Source: Hydrolagus affinis (Eukaryota). Taken from it: a stretch of 64,000 bases of DNA. The translations under genes were made by a program, and so were the position numbers. The stretch spans positions 62,001-126,000 of the forward strand of contig JAAILG010000051.1 of the NCBI GenBank assembly GCA_012026655.1, read 5' to 3'. Below the pieces are notes generated by a model. The model did no database searches, was not told the DNA's origin, and saw only the letters and a program-made list of their open reading frames with translations. Of this stretch, positions 63,461-64,000 are shown in pieces. Position 1 is the first letter of the stretch. Each line of letters opens with the position of its first letter.

Positions 63461-63515
63461 CTTGGGACATCCTTCTGACAAGGCGCACTATACAAATGCA
63501 ATTTGTTGTTGTTTT
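63461..63515 (+). mobile_element. Short L2 3' tail
   Basis: cttgggacatccttctgacaaggcgcactatacaaatgcaatttgttgttg. Confidence 0.7.
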
Positions 63516-64000
63516 TGCCTTCCCAAAGTTAGGAAGGGCAAAACCAGCCCTACCTAACATATAACTTTCCTGCTCACACTGCAGCACCCTCTACTGGTAA
63601 TGTACAGTGTTATCTGAGTGATGCTCTCTGCAGTCGTGGCCTGACAACATTCACTGCCTCAAAGTGTTTTGAATTCACCAGTTGTTTGCTAAATTTAAAA
63701 GTATTTAAAATCATGTTATTTATTATATGAAATTAGCCATGTGAAGCATTGAGACTGCCTGAAGATAGGGATTACAGATCATTCATTTCAAGACATGACA
63801 GCGGCATCCAATAACTCTGGCTCCACGCTCTCGTAAATACAGCACAACATAATTTGTTACCCCAAGAAACAAATACAAATCTGAATTCCAAATTCACCCT
63901 TGTTTGGTTGTTTTTGTGGTTGGGGAGCATTTAATTGACACTCTGCCTTGTCTTTGGCTGGGCTTTGTTTTGAAATTTACCCTGGAGGGAAACCAAACTA

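Overview
AT-rich vertebrate genomic DNA carrying the 3' part of the tip-link cadherin gene PCDH15 (protocadherin-15) on the + strand. The repeat content (L2, CR1, Deu-type tRNA SINEs) and the protein divergence point to a cartilaginous fish, possibly a chimaera; this is an inference. I reconstructed 17 coding exons with AG/GT borders and consistent phases. They cover EC10, EC11, MAD12/PICA, the transmembrane helix, 9-nt and 6-nt microexons, the common cytoplasmic exon, a cluster of small exons (22/39/74/136 nt) and three alternative terminal exons in the order CD1, CD2, CD3. Main points of interest: (1) an intact, greatly expanded CD2 exon (715 codons), an isoform usually described as mammalian and absent from zebrafish; (2) CD1 ends in STSS instead of the PDZ ligand STSL; (3) CD1 carries a Lifeact-like motif and a GILK motif; (4) a 107-bp near-perfect copy of CD1 coding sequence sits about 1.9 kb downstream. 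Introns contain L2/CR1 fragments, many SINEs and two pogo/Tigger-like MITEs. Homology statements rest on recalled mammalian and fish PCDH15 sequences, not on a database search.
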